From positions 512,001 to 576,000 of the forward strand of contig CAWHAE010000010.1 of the NCBI GenBank assembly GCA_963827235.1: DNA of 64,000 nt, written 5' to 3'. Under the pieces are notes generated by a model. The model worked only from the letters and a program-made list of their open reading frames with translations. It was not told the origin of the DNA and did no database searches. A program made the position numbers and the translations under genes. Below, in pieces: positions 40,530-50,700 of this stretch (positions are counted from its first letter, which is position 1; every line of letters starts with the position of its first letter). The DNA is from an uncultured bacterium. GTDB lineage: Bacteria > Chloroflexota > UBA5177 > JANWHV01.

Positions 40530-40939
40530 CCCGTACCCTCCCTGCCCTGGTGGCCGGTATTCTCCTCTGCCGCGGTACTCACGATGCGCGCGGCGATGGC
40601 GAAAGCGCTGTTGGCTGCCGGAATGCCGGCGTAGACCGCCACGTGCATAAGCGCCTCGCGGATCTCTTCCGGCGCCGTGCCCGTATTAGCGCCGGCCCGC
40701 ACATGCATAGCCAGCTCCTCGTGTCTCCCGAGCGCGGCGAGGATAGCGATAGTGACCAGGCTGCGCGTGCGGAGGTCGAGCTGCGGACGCGTCCAGAGCG
40801 ACCCCCAGGCCATCTCCACGAGGAGCTGCTGGAACGGCGCGTCAAACGCCGTCGTGCGAGCCTCGGCAGAGTCCACGTGCGCGTCGCCGAGCACCCTGCG
40901 CCGGAGCCGCATGCCGCTTTCGTAGCGTGACCCGTCCAA
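40526..40939 (-). CDS. pcaC: 4-carboxymuconolactone decarboxylase
   Basis: GMRLRRRVLGDAHVD, AWGSLWTR, VYAGIPAANSAF; GAGGAGG RBS before TTG. Confidence 0.92.
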   Translation of the reverse strand: MDGSRYESGMRLRRRVLGDAHVDSAEARTTAFDAPFQQLLVEMAWGSLWTRPQLDLRTRSLVTIAILAALGRHEELAMHVRAGANTGTAPEEIREALMHVAVYAGIPAANSAFAIAARIVSTAAEENTGHQGREGTG

Positions 40940-40950
40940 CTCAATCCTCC

Positions 40951-42126
40951 TCAAGCCGGCGCGATGCCGGTGTAATTCTCGGCCAGGGCAGCCGCAGCCG
41001 GACGCGACTGGACCGTGTAGCGCAACTGCGAGAGTTGCAGTCGCCGCTGGAAGACGTCGTCATCCGGAACCCGGTGCAGCATGGAGGTCATCCACCACGA
41101 GAAGTGTTCGGCCCGCCACACCCGGCGCAGGCAGGTTGCGGAGTACGCATCGAGCAGATCGGCACGGCCCTGGGCGTACCAGGCTGTCAGCGCTTCCGCG
41201 AGCACCGTGACGTCGGCAATGGCCAGGTTCATTCCCTTGGCGCCGGTCGGCGGCACCACGTGGGCGGCGTCACCGGCAAGAAACAACCGTGCGAACCGCA
41301 TCGGCTCGACCACTTCACTGCGTACCTGCGTGAGGCCCTTTTCAAGAACCGGCCCCTCGTTGAGCTGCCAGCCGTCGTGCATTTCCAGCCGCGCGTGCAG
41401 CTCCGTCCAGATGCGATCGTCGGACCAGTCCCCGATGGAGTCGGTGGACGGGCACTGGAGATAGAGCCGGCACAGAACCGGCGAGCGCATGCTGTGCAGC
41501 GCGAAGCCCCGCTCGTGGTAGGCGTAGATCAGCTCATCGCTTGACACCGGAGCCGCCGCCAGGATGCCGAGCCAGGCAAAAGGGTATGTCCTTGCGTACG
41601 TCTGCACGGCACTCGAGGGGATGGCATGGCGGCATGTGCCGTGGTAGCCGTCGCAACCGGCGATGAAGTCGCAGGAGACTTGCTGGCGATCACCCATGTG
41701 CTGGAACTGCACGCGAGCGGTGCTACCGTCGCCCGGCCAGACCTGTTTGACCTCCGCCTCGAAAAGGATCCTGCCGCCGCTCGCCAGTCGCGCCGCGATC
41801 AGGTCCTTGACCACCTCCTGCTGGCCGTACACCACGATTGAGCTACCGCCGGTGAGCTCACAGAGATCGATCCGGTGCCGCTCACCTTCGAACTGGAGCT
41901 GTATGCCGCGATGGACCAGACCCTCAGCCCGCATGCGCTCCCCGAGGCCGGTGCGATCCAGCAGCGCCACGGTGCCGGCTTCCAGCACGCCGGCCCGTAT
42001 GCGGCGCTCGACGTAGGCGCGATCGCGCCTTTCGAGCACCGCGGACTCGATGCCGGACAGCTCAAGCAAGTGCGCGAGCATCAGTCCGGCCGGTCCGGCC
42101 CCGATGATCGCTACCTGGGTGTGCAT
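40951..42126 (-). CDS. pobA: 4-hydroxybenzoate 3-monooxygenase
   Basis: GAGPAG, RIRAGVLE, VYGQQEV, AGCDG, GDAAHVVPPTGAKGMNLA, AENYTG. Confidence 0.95.
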   Translation of the reverse strand: MHTQVAIIGAGPAGLMLAHLLELSGIESAVLERRDRAYVERRIRAGVLEAGTVALLDRTGLGERMRAEGLVHRGIQLQFEGERHRIDLCELTGGSSIVVYGQQEVVKDLIAARLASGGRILFEAEVKQVWPGDGSTARVQFQHMGDRQQVSCDFIAGCDGYHGTCRHAIPSSAVQTYARTYPFAWLGILAAAPVSSDELIYAYHERGFALHSMRSPVLCRLYLQCPSTDSIGDWSDDRIWTELHARLEMHDGWQLNEGPVLEKGLTQVRSEVVEPMRFARLFLAGDAAHVVPPTGAKGMNLAIADVTVLAEALTAWYAQGRADLLDAYSATCLRRVWRAEHFSWWMTSMLHRVPDDDVFQRRLQLSQLRYTVQSRPAAAALAENYTGIAPA

Positions 42127-42163
42127 CCGCGTCTCCCATTACAGTCCATCGCTCGCCTCCAGC

Positions 42164-43276
42164 TCAGTCGCCCGGTTGACGCCACGACTCCGGGGAGTCA
42201 GGGCGTGGCAGTTCGCGTCGGGACCTCGGTCGGGCATTGCGGCGGCGCGGAGTGGACGGCGGATCCGCTGCCGACAGGGTGTAGCCGATGGGTAGCAGGC
42301 GGAAGTGGAAACGGTCCTCAATCGTGCCCCAGAGTCCACGCGGCAAAAAGAGGGCGAACGCAATGGCTGTTGCGCCCAAGCCGACGAGATACCACGCGCC
42401 GTCGTTCGCGAACTGGTTCTGGATCAGGTAGTAGACGACGGCCCCCAGGATCGGGCCCTCGAATGTGCCCAGTCCGCCCACCAACACGATGAAGATCATA
42501 GTGGCCGACCATTGCACGTCGAACACGGACGTCGTCTGGATGAACAGCGTGTTGGCCAGCGTGAGAGCACCGGCGGCACCACAGCCGACGGCGGCCAGCA
42601 CGAACAGGATCCGCTTGGCACGCATGACCGGGACTCCAATCGAGGCCGCCGCTTCTTCATCATCCCGGATCGCCTGGAATGAGGCGCCGGCCCGGCTGCG
42701 CAAGAGGAAGAAGCCGGCCCCAAGCAGCACAACGGCGGCGGCCAGGGCAAACCAGTAAGTATAGTCCTGCCGGTCGGACGGGCTGTAGACGTTGAGCGTG
42801 GTGAGCGAGATACCCGTGCCGCCACCCAGCGACTGGTCGAGCGCCACCAGCAGGGCGAACACTTCGGCGACCACCCACGTTCCGATGGCGAACTGGCCTC
42901 CTCGCAGCCGGAGCACGAGCAGCGAGGTCGGCACCGCGACCAGGCCAGCTCCTACCGCGGCCAGGGCCATCGCCACGTACGGCTGTATGCCGTGCTGGTT
43001 GAGGTAGATAGTGCCATAGGCGCCAAGGCCGATGTACGCCTGCTGGCCGACCGATACCAGCCCGCCGTAGCCGGCCAACGCATTCCACATTCCGGCCAGT
43101 ATCACCAAAATCATCAGCGAGGTCAGCTGCTGGGTGGTGTTCGTGTCAAAGATCAGCGGCACCAAGCCGAGCATGACTATCGAGAGAACAGCCGCCGACA
43201 TCGCGGCGTACGACAGCGTAGTCCACCGCTGCACGCGATATGCGGGCCGGGTCTGCGACATCACCGAGGCGGTCAT
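42164..43276 (-). CDS. LivM-like ABC permease
   Basis: WNALAGYGGLVSVGQQ, AIRDDEEAA, GGLGTFEGP. Confidence 0.85.
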   Translation of the reverse strand: MTASVMSQTRPAYRVQRWTTLSYAAMSAAVLSIVMLGLVPLIFDTNTTQQLTSLMILVILAGMWNALAGYGGLVSVGQQAYIGLGAYGTIYLNQHGIQPYVAMALAAVGAGLVAVPTSLLVLRLRGGQFAIGTWVVAEVFALLVALDQSLGGGTGISLTTLNVYSPSDRQDYTYWFALAAAVVLLGAGFFLLRSRAGASFQAIRDDEEAAASIGVPVMRAKRILFVLAAVGCGAAGALTLANTLFIQTTSVFDVQWSATMIFIVLVGGLGTFEGPILGAVVYYLIQNQFANDGAWYLVGLGATAIAFALFLPRGLWGTIEDRFHFRLLPIGYTLSAADPPSTPRRRNARPRSRRELPRPDSPESWRQPGD

Positions 43277-44151
43277 GCGCCTGCTCCACGGGCGACCAGC
43301 AGACCTCCCCGAGGTGAGGCCAGGACGGCGAGAAACACCAGGTGCCCGGCAAGCAGCGAGTACTGCGGATCGATCTGCGCCCCAATCGACTGCGCGACGC
43401 CGAGCACGATGCCGCCGGCAAGCGTACCCCACAGCGATCCGAACCCGCCTATTACCACGGCCTCGAAGGCGAAGATGAGCTGCGTCGGGCCGCTCGACGG
43501 GTCGAACGTAGAGCGGATGCCGAGAAACAGGCCGGCGAGCGCGGCGGTGGCGACCGCGATCGCCGTGGCGCGCGCATAGACGTCTCTCGCATTGATGCCG
43601 ACCAACTGCGCGGTGTCCGGGTCCTGGGCCGTGGCGCGCATCTCCCGGCCAAGCTCTGTACGCGACAGCAGGAGCTGCAGGCTGCCAAGCACGGCGACCG
43701 CCACGAGCAGGATGACCACGCCCAGGGCCGGTACGGAGAGCTGATCGTTGATTTGCCAGCTGGCCGTGGTCACGGTTCCGGCGTTGCCGCCCAGCGACTG
43801 CACGTCGGGCGAGAAGACCTGCAGGAGGACGTTCTGGATCACGATCGCCAGGCCGAACGTGGTCAGCAGCGGCACGAGCGGACCGGCCATCCGGCTTCGC
43901 TCGAGTAGCAGGATCTGCAAGGCATAGCCCACCACAAGCATGAGCGGCAGAACGAGCAAGGCAGCCAGAAATGGGGAAACCGCAGTGTGGTCGACTACCA
44001 CCCACATCAGGTAGGCGCCCAGCACGGCGATGTCGCCGTGGGCGAGATTGATGATCCGCATGACGCCAAACATCAGCGAGAGCCCGCAGGCCAGCAGGGC
44101 GTAGAGTCCGCCCAGCATCACTCCCTGGACGATGGCGTTGAGCCATGCCAT
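43273..44151 (-). CDS. LivH-like ABC permease
   Basis: YALLACGLSLMFGVMRIINLAHG, GREMRATAQD, GGFGSLWG. Confidence 0.88.
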   Translation of the reverse strand: MAWLNAIVQGVMLGGLYALLACGLSLMFGVMRIINLAHGDIAVLGAYLMWVVVDHTAVSPFLAALLVLPLMLVVGYALQILLLERSRMAGPLVPLLTTFGLAIVIQNVLLQVFSPDVQSLGGNAGTVTTASWQINDQLSVPALGVVILLVAVAVLGSLQLLLSRTELGREMRATAQDPDTAQLVGINARDVYARATAIAVATAALAGLFLGIRSTFDPSSGPTQLIFAFEAVVIGGFGSLWGTLAGGIVLGVAQSIGAQIDPQYSLLAGHLVFLAVLASPRGGLLVARGAGA

Positions 44152-44876
44152 TAGGCGCTCTCCCGGCCAGCACGCTGGCTCAGGCCAAAGTAGGCGCCTA
44201 CGACCTGCTCGCGAGTGAGCGCGTGAGAAGCGCCCTCGAGCACGATCTGACCCTCGAGCATACACAGCAGGCGATTCGCGGTCGACATCGCCCGGCTGAG
44301 GTCCTGCTCAACCAGCAGGATCGTGGCGCCTCCCTCGCTGAGCGAGCGGAGCGAGGCGTAGACGGCGTCCACGGCTATGGGAGCGAGACCGAGTGACACT
44401 TCGTCAAGCAAGAGCAGTCGAGGATTGCTCATGAGGGCGCGGCCGATCGCTGCCGCCTGCTGCTGTCCCCCTGAGAGCGTCGCGGCCGGTTGCTTCCGCA
44501 ACGGTCGCAGCAGCGGAAATGCCTCCAGCACGCGCTCGACGTTCCAGAGGCCGCGCCTGCCGTTCGCGCTGGCCGTCAGGAGGTTCTCCTCGACAGTCAG
44601 CCCGGGAAACAGGCGTCTGCCCTCCGGTACCAGGGCGATTCCACGGTGCACGCGGCGGTGAGCGGGGAGAGTGGTGATGTCCTGGTCGTCGAAGACGATT
44701 CTGCCGCGAACAGCACGGTGCGCCCCGGCGATCGTGCGCATGAGCGTCGTCTTGCCGGCCCCGTTCGCGCCGACCAGCGCCACCGTCTCGCCATCGGCCA
44801 GGCTCAGGGAGACGTTGCGGACTGCCTGCAGCAGGCCGTGCCGGACCTCGAGTGATTCGACGGCGAGGAGTGTCAT
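44151..44876 (-). CDS. LivF-like ABC ATPase
   Basis: GANGAGKTT, VPEGRRLF, LSGGQQQ, LDEVSLGLAP. Confidence 0.88.
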   Translation of the reverse strand: MTLLAVESLEVRHGLLQAVRNVSLSLADGETVALVGANGAGKTTLMRTIAGAHRAVRGRIVFDDQDITTLPAHRRVHRGIALVPEGRRLFPGLTVEENLLTASANGRRGLWNVERVLEAFPLLRPLRKQPAATLSGGQQQAAAIGRALMSNPRLLLLDEVSLGLAPIAVDAVYASLRSLSEGGATILLVEQDLSRAMSTANRLLCMLEGQIVLEGASHALTREQVVGAYFGLSQRAGRESA

Positions 44877-45604
44877 GCGCGCTTGCCTCCGAGATACGCG
44901 TCTACGACCGCGGCGTCGCCGATCACTGCTTCCGGATGCCCGTCGGCGATGATCCGTCCGCCGTCCAGGCAGACCAGGCGATCGATGGCCTGCACCAGCA
45001 CGTGCACGATGTGCTCGATCCAGAGGATTGTGACGTGGCGGTGCCGTACTTCCCACACAGTCTCCAGCAGCTCCGCGGCCTCGGCGTCCGACAGGCCGCC
45101 GCCGATCTCGTCCAGAAGCAGCACCGATGGCCGGGTGGCTAAAGCCCGGGCCAGCTCCAGGCGCTTCCGGTGCAGCAGCCCGAGGCTGTCCGCACGTCGA
45201 TTGGCCAGGGCGATCAACCCGCAAAGCTGGAGGACCTCGACGCAGCGATCGTGGGCGGCACGGCCGCGTCCGGCCCCAACAAGGAGGTTTTCGAATACGG
45301 TCATGCCGCCGAAGGGCCGCGGCACCTGGTGCGTGCGGGCCACACCCAACCTGCAGCGTTGGTCGGCACGCAGCCGGCCTACGTCGGCACCGCGAAAGCG
45401 CACGGTGCCGCTGGTTGGACGCAAGGAGCCGGCCAGGATATTGAGCAGAGTGGTCTTCCCCGCCCCATTCGGACCGACCACTCCCACGGCCTCGCCGGGC
45501 CTCATGGCGAGGCTCACGGCGTCGAGAACGACCAGGGCGCCGAATCGCTGTCCGACCGCCACGGCCTCCAGCACCGGCTCAGCGTCCTGCATCATAGCAA
45601 CCAC
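44873..45604 (-). CDS. LivG-like ABC ATPase
   Basis: GPNGAGKTT, RTHQVPRPF, KRLELARA, LDEIGGGL, IEH, AYLGG. Confidence 0.88.
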   Translation of the reverse strand: MVAMMQDAEPVLEAVAVGQRFGALVVLDAVSLAMRPGEAVGVVGPNGAGKTTLLNILAGSLRPTSGTVRFRGADVGRLRADQRCRLGVARTHQVPRPFGGMTVFENLLVGAGRGRAAHDRCVEVLQLCGLIALANRRADSLGLLHRKRLELARALATRPSVLLLDEIGGGLSDAEAAELLETVWEVRHRHVTILWIEHIVHVLVQAIDRLVCLDGGRIIADGHPEAVIGDAAVVDAYLGGKRA

Positions 45605-45693
45605 TCACTCCTTCGCCCCCTCCAGGTCGCGGACGCTGCCGTCAGGCTGGACCGGGCTGCCGGCGTCCCCACCCGCCGGCAGCCTGCCACACC

Positions 45694-47062
45694 TCACGCG
45701 TAAGGAATCATCTTCGAGGCGATGGGAACACGCGGATCGGACGAGTTCTCACAGATCAGGAAGTCGAGCGGATATTTGCTTCCCTGCACCTTGCGCCATT
45801 GGCCGCCGATGATCGGTGCCGCAACCACGTTTGGCGGAGTCTGTCCCTTACCCCAGGCCAGGCGGCCGATCGGAGTGTCCACGGCAACGTGGCCGATAGC
45901 TGCCGCCAGCTTGGCTTTGTCTTTCGGGTTGCCGCTGAGCATCAACGCGGCCACGGCGACGTCGAAGAGGGCCAGGCTGGGCCCAAGCTGCTGATTCCAC
46001 TGCTTGTTCGAAGACTGCTCGTAGCCGGGCGCCGAGTGCCTTCGAGGTGATGCCGGTGAACGAGGAGCGATAGGGCCAGGTGGGCGCCCAGTACACGCCG
46101 CCGCCCAGGTTGGCACCGATCGAGCCCAGCGAATCGACTTGCGAAGGGAAGAGTCCGGTCTTGGCGATCTGGGCGATCTTTGGCTTGTAGCCCTGCTGTA
46201 CGGCCTGCCGCCAGAACGTAGCGAAGTCGGGCGGGATGGGGAAGGTGTTGAATATCTCGCAGTTCTCCGACTTGAACTTGGAGATCTGGGCAGAGTAGTC
46301 GTTGGTGCCGTCGGCATAGGCGCCCGGATCGACGATCGTGTAGCCGGCCTTCTTGAGCATAGGACCCAGGCTTGCCCGAATGGCATTCCCGTCGGCGTCG
46401 TTCGGCCACATCACGCCGACCGTCTTGTTCGTCGGTACCTGTGGCCAAAGGTGCGTGTAGGCGTTGAAAAACTGCGCGACACCGAAGCAGAAGTGAAAGG
46501 TGTACTTGAACGGCACGGGCTTTGCCGGGTTTGCCTGACGACCGAAGTACCACGCCTCCCAGGGCACGACCGTGGAAATGCAGGGCACACCCGCCGCTTC
46601 CGCGGTGTCGGACACCGGATTCACGGTTTCCGGCGTGGACGTCGTGAGTATCAGGTCGACGCCGTCGCCATTGATCAGGTTGTTGGCGGCCTGCGCGCTG
46701 CGCGGGCCCGACTGGCTATCCTCGTCGATCACTTCCACCGTGTAGCGCGTGCCGCCGATTTCCAGCGCCCGGCCGAACGCTTTCCGCACCAGCCCAAGCA
46801 CGTAGCCGTCGGGTTCGCCGAATCCTGCCGCCGCGCCCGTCCGCGGGCTGACGAAGCCGATCTTGATCGAGCCGGAACCCCCCGAGGCGGCACGCGCAGT
46901 GCTCGTCCGTACGGCCTGGATGGCGCCGGCGCCCGAGGCGGCCAAGGCGCCGGCTCCGATCACCTTGAGGGCGTCGCGCCTGCTGATCTCGCGATTCTCC
47001 AGGCTCGCGGCGAGCAAGCCGGCCGGGCTGCCGGCACTGTCGTCGTTGACGGGGATCGACAC
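45694..47062 (-). pseudogene. Tat-exported LivK-type substrate-binding protein (probably aromatic acids), one extra base near 46028
   Basis: SRRDALK Tat motif, KIGFVSPRTG, TPETVNPV. GCC-C-GGC-TAC: removing one C joins ..SKALGA to GYEQSSNKQW..GGQW. May be a sequencing error. Confidence 0.75.
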
Positions 47063-47081
47063 GTTGCGCCTCCTTTGTGCT

Positions 47082-47480
47082 GTTCGGCATACGGATCCTT
47101 GTTCTTGATTAGAACATAGCATGGCGATTTTAATAGTCAATACCCTTCGTCAGCGCCCACGAACGTCCATCGATCGAGCCTGCCGGCGCTGGCGGCTCCA
47201 GGACCACGTCCGAGCCGCGATTCTCTGGCGAGCGCCGTAGCCTGACGTCGAGCTATCGGGCCAGCCGGCAACCGCCGATCGGCTCGCGTCTTGGCCGGCC
47301 GGACATTGACTGCTGCGACCCGATCATGCGATAGTGCATGCAGGAAGCACGACAGTTCGTATAGCGCACAGGGTCGGTAGGTAATTCTAGAGGCATCGTG
47401 GACGGACTCATCCGCTCGCGAGCCGATGTCGTTCCGTGCCTCTCCGGCTGCCTTGAGCGGACGGTCTGCGATCGTCGGAC
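47082..47480. promoter_or_regulatory. divergent promoter region with three PcaR/PobR-type boxes
   Basis: GTTCGGCATACGGAT (47082-47096), GTTCGTATAGCGCAC (47355-47369) and CTGCGATCGTCGGAC (47466-47480) resemble the GTTCG-N5-CGCAC motif of IclR-type PcaR/PobR regulators. Confidence 0.65.
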
Positions 47481-47506
47481 ATTACACGGTGGAGGTTGGC
47501 ATACAA

Positions 47507-48337
47507 ATGAGCGTCGACCATCTTGACGACGGTGCCACGCCGGCAGACGAGCGGCAGGCCAACGGCGGCGAGTTCGTCCAGTCGCTCGAGCGTGGCCTGG
47601 CGGTGATCCGTGCATTCGACGCCGAGCACGCGGAGCTGACGCTCAGCGACGTGGCACGGATCACCGGGTTGACGCGCGCGGCCGCGCGGCGCTTCCTGCA
47701 CACGCTGGTCGAGCTGGGCTACGTGCGCGGCAATGGACGTCTCTTCGCCCTGCGGCCCCGCGTGCTGGACCTGGGTTTCGCCTATCTCTCCAGTCTTGGC
47801 CTTCCAGAGGTAGCGTCCCCGCATCTCGAATCCCTGGTGGCCACCGTGCACGAATCGTGCTCGGTAGCAGTGCTCGACGGGGATGAAGTAGTGTACGTGG
47901 CGCGGGTGGCAACGCGGCGAATCATGAGCGTGGCAGTCAGCGTGGGCACCAGATTCCCGGCCTACGCCACATCACTGGGCAGGGTGCTGCTTGCCGGTCA
48001 GAGCGACGAGTGGCTCGAGGGCTATCTCGCGACGGTTCGTTTGACGCGTTTCACCTCACGCACCATCGACGAGCCCGCACGTCTGCGAGCCGAGATCGCC
48101 CGGGTGCGCGGGCAAGGCTGGGCCATCGTCGACGAGGAGCTGGAGGAAGGCCTGCGCTCGATCGCCGCTCCCATTCACGACGCGCTCGGCAAGGTGATAG
48201 CCGCCGCCAATGTGTCGTCTCCCACGCGGCGCGGAGACCTGGACACGCTCCGGGACGAGCTACTGCCCTTCTTGCTGGACGCAGTGCGCCGCATCGAAGA
48301 AGACCTCCACGCCGTCACGCCGGCCGGACGGGCTTGA
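47507..48337 (+). CDS. pcaR: IclR family regulator of the beta-ketoadipate pathway
   Basis: FVQSLERGLAVIRAF, TRAAARRFLHTL, VGTRFPAYATSLGRVLL, ELEEGLRSIA. Confidence 0.9.
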   Translation: MSVDHLDDGATPADERQANGGEFVQSLERGLAVIRAFDAEHAELTLSDVARITGLTRAAARRFLHTLVELGYVRGNGRLFALRPRVLDLGFAYLSSLGLPEVASPHLESLVATVHESCSVAVLDGDEVVYVARVATRRIMSVAVSVGTRFPAYATSLGRVLLAGQSDEWLEGYLATVRLTRFTSRTIDEPARLRAEIARVRGQGWAIVDEELEEGLRSIAAPIHDALGKVIAAANVSSPTRRGDLDTLRDELLPFLLDAVRRIEEDLHAVTPAGRA

Positions 48338-48393
48338 CGGCGGCGCCGGCCGAAGTCGCGCGCCGCTGACCCTCCGGTGCGACTCGGCGCCGC

Positions 48394-48445
48394 CGCTCGG
48401 AACCGTGTCGCTCGGAACCGTGTCGCTCGGAACCGTGTCGCTCGG
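48394..48445. repeat. 15-bp tandem repeat (CGCTCGGAACCGTGT) x3.5
   Basis: Three exact units plus CGCTCGG, no spacers. Confidence 0.9.
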
Positions 48446-48774
48446 TAACTCCTCTGCACGAATTGACCTGCGCCGACAGGCGCTGTTCCTACTCGGAACA
48501 GGGATTGCCGGCAGTGTCGGCACTGCGCACCTGCCGGGCGCATGGCGATCAGAACGGCGGCTATTGGCTATCGGAAGCAGATAGTCCGGGGAAGAGCCGC
48601 GGTCGCGGACCCGCCCGAGAGAACAACGTGGGTGCCTCTGCACTGCAGCGCTGGCCGCGGAGAGGAGGATCTTCGGCTCCAGGGGTCGCGCTCTGGACGG
48701 GCTGTAGCCAGTTCGTGCCGCGCAAGAGAGTGCCGGACTCCGCCATCGTCGCAAGGAAGCACTGCGCCTCGCGG

Positions 48775-48854
48775 CCGGCGATGCAGCGCGCGACGTTCGC
48801 GGCAAGCATGGGCCGGCTGAAGTAGTAGCCCTGCGCCACAGTGCAGCCAAGGCG
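48775..48854 (-). pseudogene. 3' remnant of an EAL-domain gene
   Basis: RLGCTVAQGYYFSRPM is the C-terminal EAL signature, directly after the galT stop. Confidence 0.55.
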
Positions 48855-48855
48855 C

Positions 48856-49911
48856 TCAGATCCGGGCGATGCGAGAGTAGTGCGTGTCGCTGAGCGAGCG
48901 CAGGCGATCGGCCGCCGTTTCCGGCGTGATGTCGCGCTGCGGTTGGGCGAGCATCTCGAAGCCGACCATGAATTTTCGCACCGTGGCAGAGCGCAGCAGC
49001 GGCGGGTAGAAATGGGCGTGCAGGTGCCACTCGCCGTGCTCGGCGCCGTCGATAGGCGCCTGGTGAAATCCCATTGAGTAGGGGAACGACACCTCGAACA
49101 GGTTGTCATAGCGGGCAGTAGCCTTGCGCAGGATCTCGGCCAATGCGCTCACTTCCGCTGCCGTCAGGTCGGTGAGCGAGCCGAAGTGGCGGTTCGAGAT
49201 CAGCAAAAGCTCGAATGGCCAGACTGCCCAGTATGGCACCACCGCAGTGAAATGAGTATTCGCAACAACGACGCGATCGGCCGCGGCGACCTCGGCTCCG
49301 ACGTAGTCGCATAACAGACACCGGCCGTGGCCGGCCAGGTATTCGCGCTGCGCGACCAGCTCCTTGTGTGGCTCCGTCGGCACGTGGCTCGTAGCCCAGA
49401 CCTGATTGTGAGGGTGAGGCATGGAGCAACCCATCACAGCGCCCTTGTTCTCGAAGATCTGCACGTAGCCGATGAAGTCCCGGCTGCCGAGGTCCACCGT
49501 CTGCTCGATCCAGGTCCGGACCACGGCTTCGACCTCAGCCTGGCTGAGCTCGGGCAGCGTGAGGTCGTGCCTGGGCGAAAAGCACATCACGCGGCACATA
49601 CCCGTCTCCGTCTCGACCCGGAATAGATCGGGAGGAAGCGAGCTCTGCTCGGCGTCGGGCGTGACGCGATCGGGGGGCAACAAGGCCGCGAAGTCGTTGT
49701 CGAAGCTGTACGTAGAGGTGTATTGCGGATTGACGACACCTTCGGCGCGCCGGTTTCCCGGGCACAGGTAGCAGCTCGGATCGTATGCGGGAAGGGCGGT
49801 TTGTGCCGGCTTCTCCACCTGCCCAAGCCAGGGACGGCGGGCGCGGTGCGGAGACACCAAGACCCATTCGTGAGTCAGCGGGTTGAGGCGACGATGCGGA
49901 TAGTCCAGCAC
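48856..49911 (-). CDS. galT: UDP-glucose--hexose-1-phosphate uridylyltransferase
   Basis: [45 protein letters not shown]. Confidence 0.95.
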   Translation of the reverse strand: MLDYPHRRLNPLTHEWVLVSPHRARRPWLGQVEKPAQTALPAYDPSCYLCPGNRRAEGVVNPQYTSTYSFDNDFAALLPPDRVTPDAEQSSLPPDLFRVETETGMCRVMCFSPRHDLTLPELSQAEVEAVVRTWIEQTVDLGSRDFIGYVQIFENKGAVMGCSMPHPHNQVWATSHVPTEPHKELVAQREYLAGHGRCLLCDYVGAEVAAADRVVVANTHFTAVVPYWAVWPFELLLISNRHFGSLTDLTAAEVSALAEILRKATARYDNLFEVSFPYSMGFHQAPIDGAEHGEWHLHAHFYPPLLRSATVRKFMVGFEMLAQPQRDITPETAADRLRSLSDTHYSRIARI

Positions 49912-50066
49912 GATCTCTGCTCCTCGATCTCTCGGTCATGGCGCAAAATACGGCCGGCGCGGACGCGGGTACCGGGTCCGGCTGTCTTGAAGCGTAGCCG
50001 CGTCCCTGGGTGGTTCGTCAAGCGCGAGCATGCGCGCTTCGCTCCCGCGATCCGGGCCGAGCTGTT

Positions 50067-50522
50067 CTATCGTGACCGCTCCCACATCTGCTGGATGATC
50101 TGGAGGTGCCCCACATGCAGCGCTCCGTGCTCGACGCCGTGTACGATGGCCCATGCCGCGGAGTACTCGCGGCCATGCATAGCAGAGAAGCGTTGCACAT
50201 CGAGGTGCTCAGGGTCGAGATCGTCGAGTGCTTCCTCGGCGTAAGCATCCGCCTGTGCCAGCCGCGCAAGGAGAGCGTCTCGGCCCACATCGGCCGCACT
50301 GAATTCCGCTTCGCGATCCCGGCCCGATGCCTCGCCGCGTGCCACGTCGCCGAGCCAGTAGCGCTCGGCGCCCAGCATGTGCACCACGGTCGCGCAGATC
50401 GAGTTCATTCCGGAGCCGGGCGCCCAGTCCAGGGCCTCGCCGGGCACCGCTTCGATGACCTTCCGGGTCTCGGAATGGACAAACCGCAGACGTTCGAGCA
50501 CTGCTTCCATCAGAGGTTCCAC
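50067..50522 (-). CDS. DinB/DUF664 family protein
   Basis: NSI..VVHMLGAERYW, RDREAEF, EHGALHVGHLQI. Confidence 0.8.
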   Translation of the reverse strand: MEPLMEAVLERLRFVHSETRKVIEAVPGEALDWAPGSGMNSICATVVHMLGAERYWLGDVARGEASGRDREAEFSAADVGRDALLARLAQADAYAEEALDDLDPEHLDVQRFSAMHGREYSAAWAIVHGVEHGALHVGHLQIIQQMWERSR

Positions 50523-50700
50523 CGCTGTCTCCCGTCACTTCCTTGCCTGGGGCTCCCTCGATCGGGCACGCCGCGCGTCTCTCACTGTATCAGGGTGAGC
50601 AGCGCTCTGGCACCCTCCAGTTCCCGGTCGCCGGCTCATGTCCGAGTGCATACACCGGCCGGCAGCAGCCCACCGTCAGAGCAAGCAGCTTGAAGGAGCG

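Noticed and set aside
48394-48445. CRISPR array
   Set aside because: Units are 15 bp, directly tandem with no spacers, and no cas genes are present.
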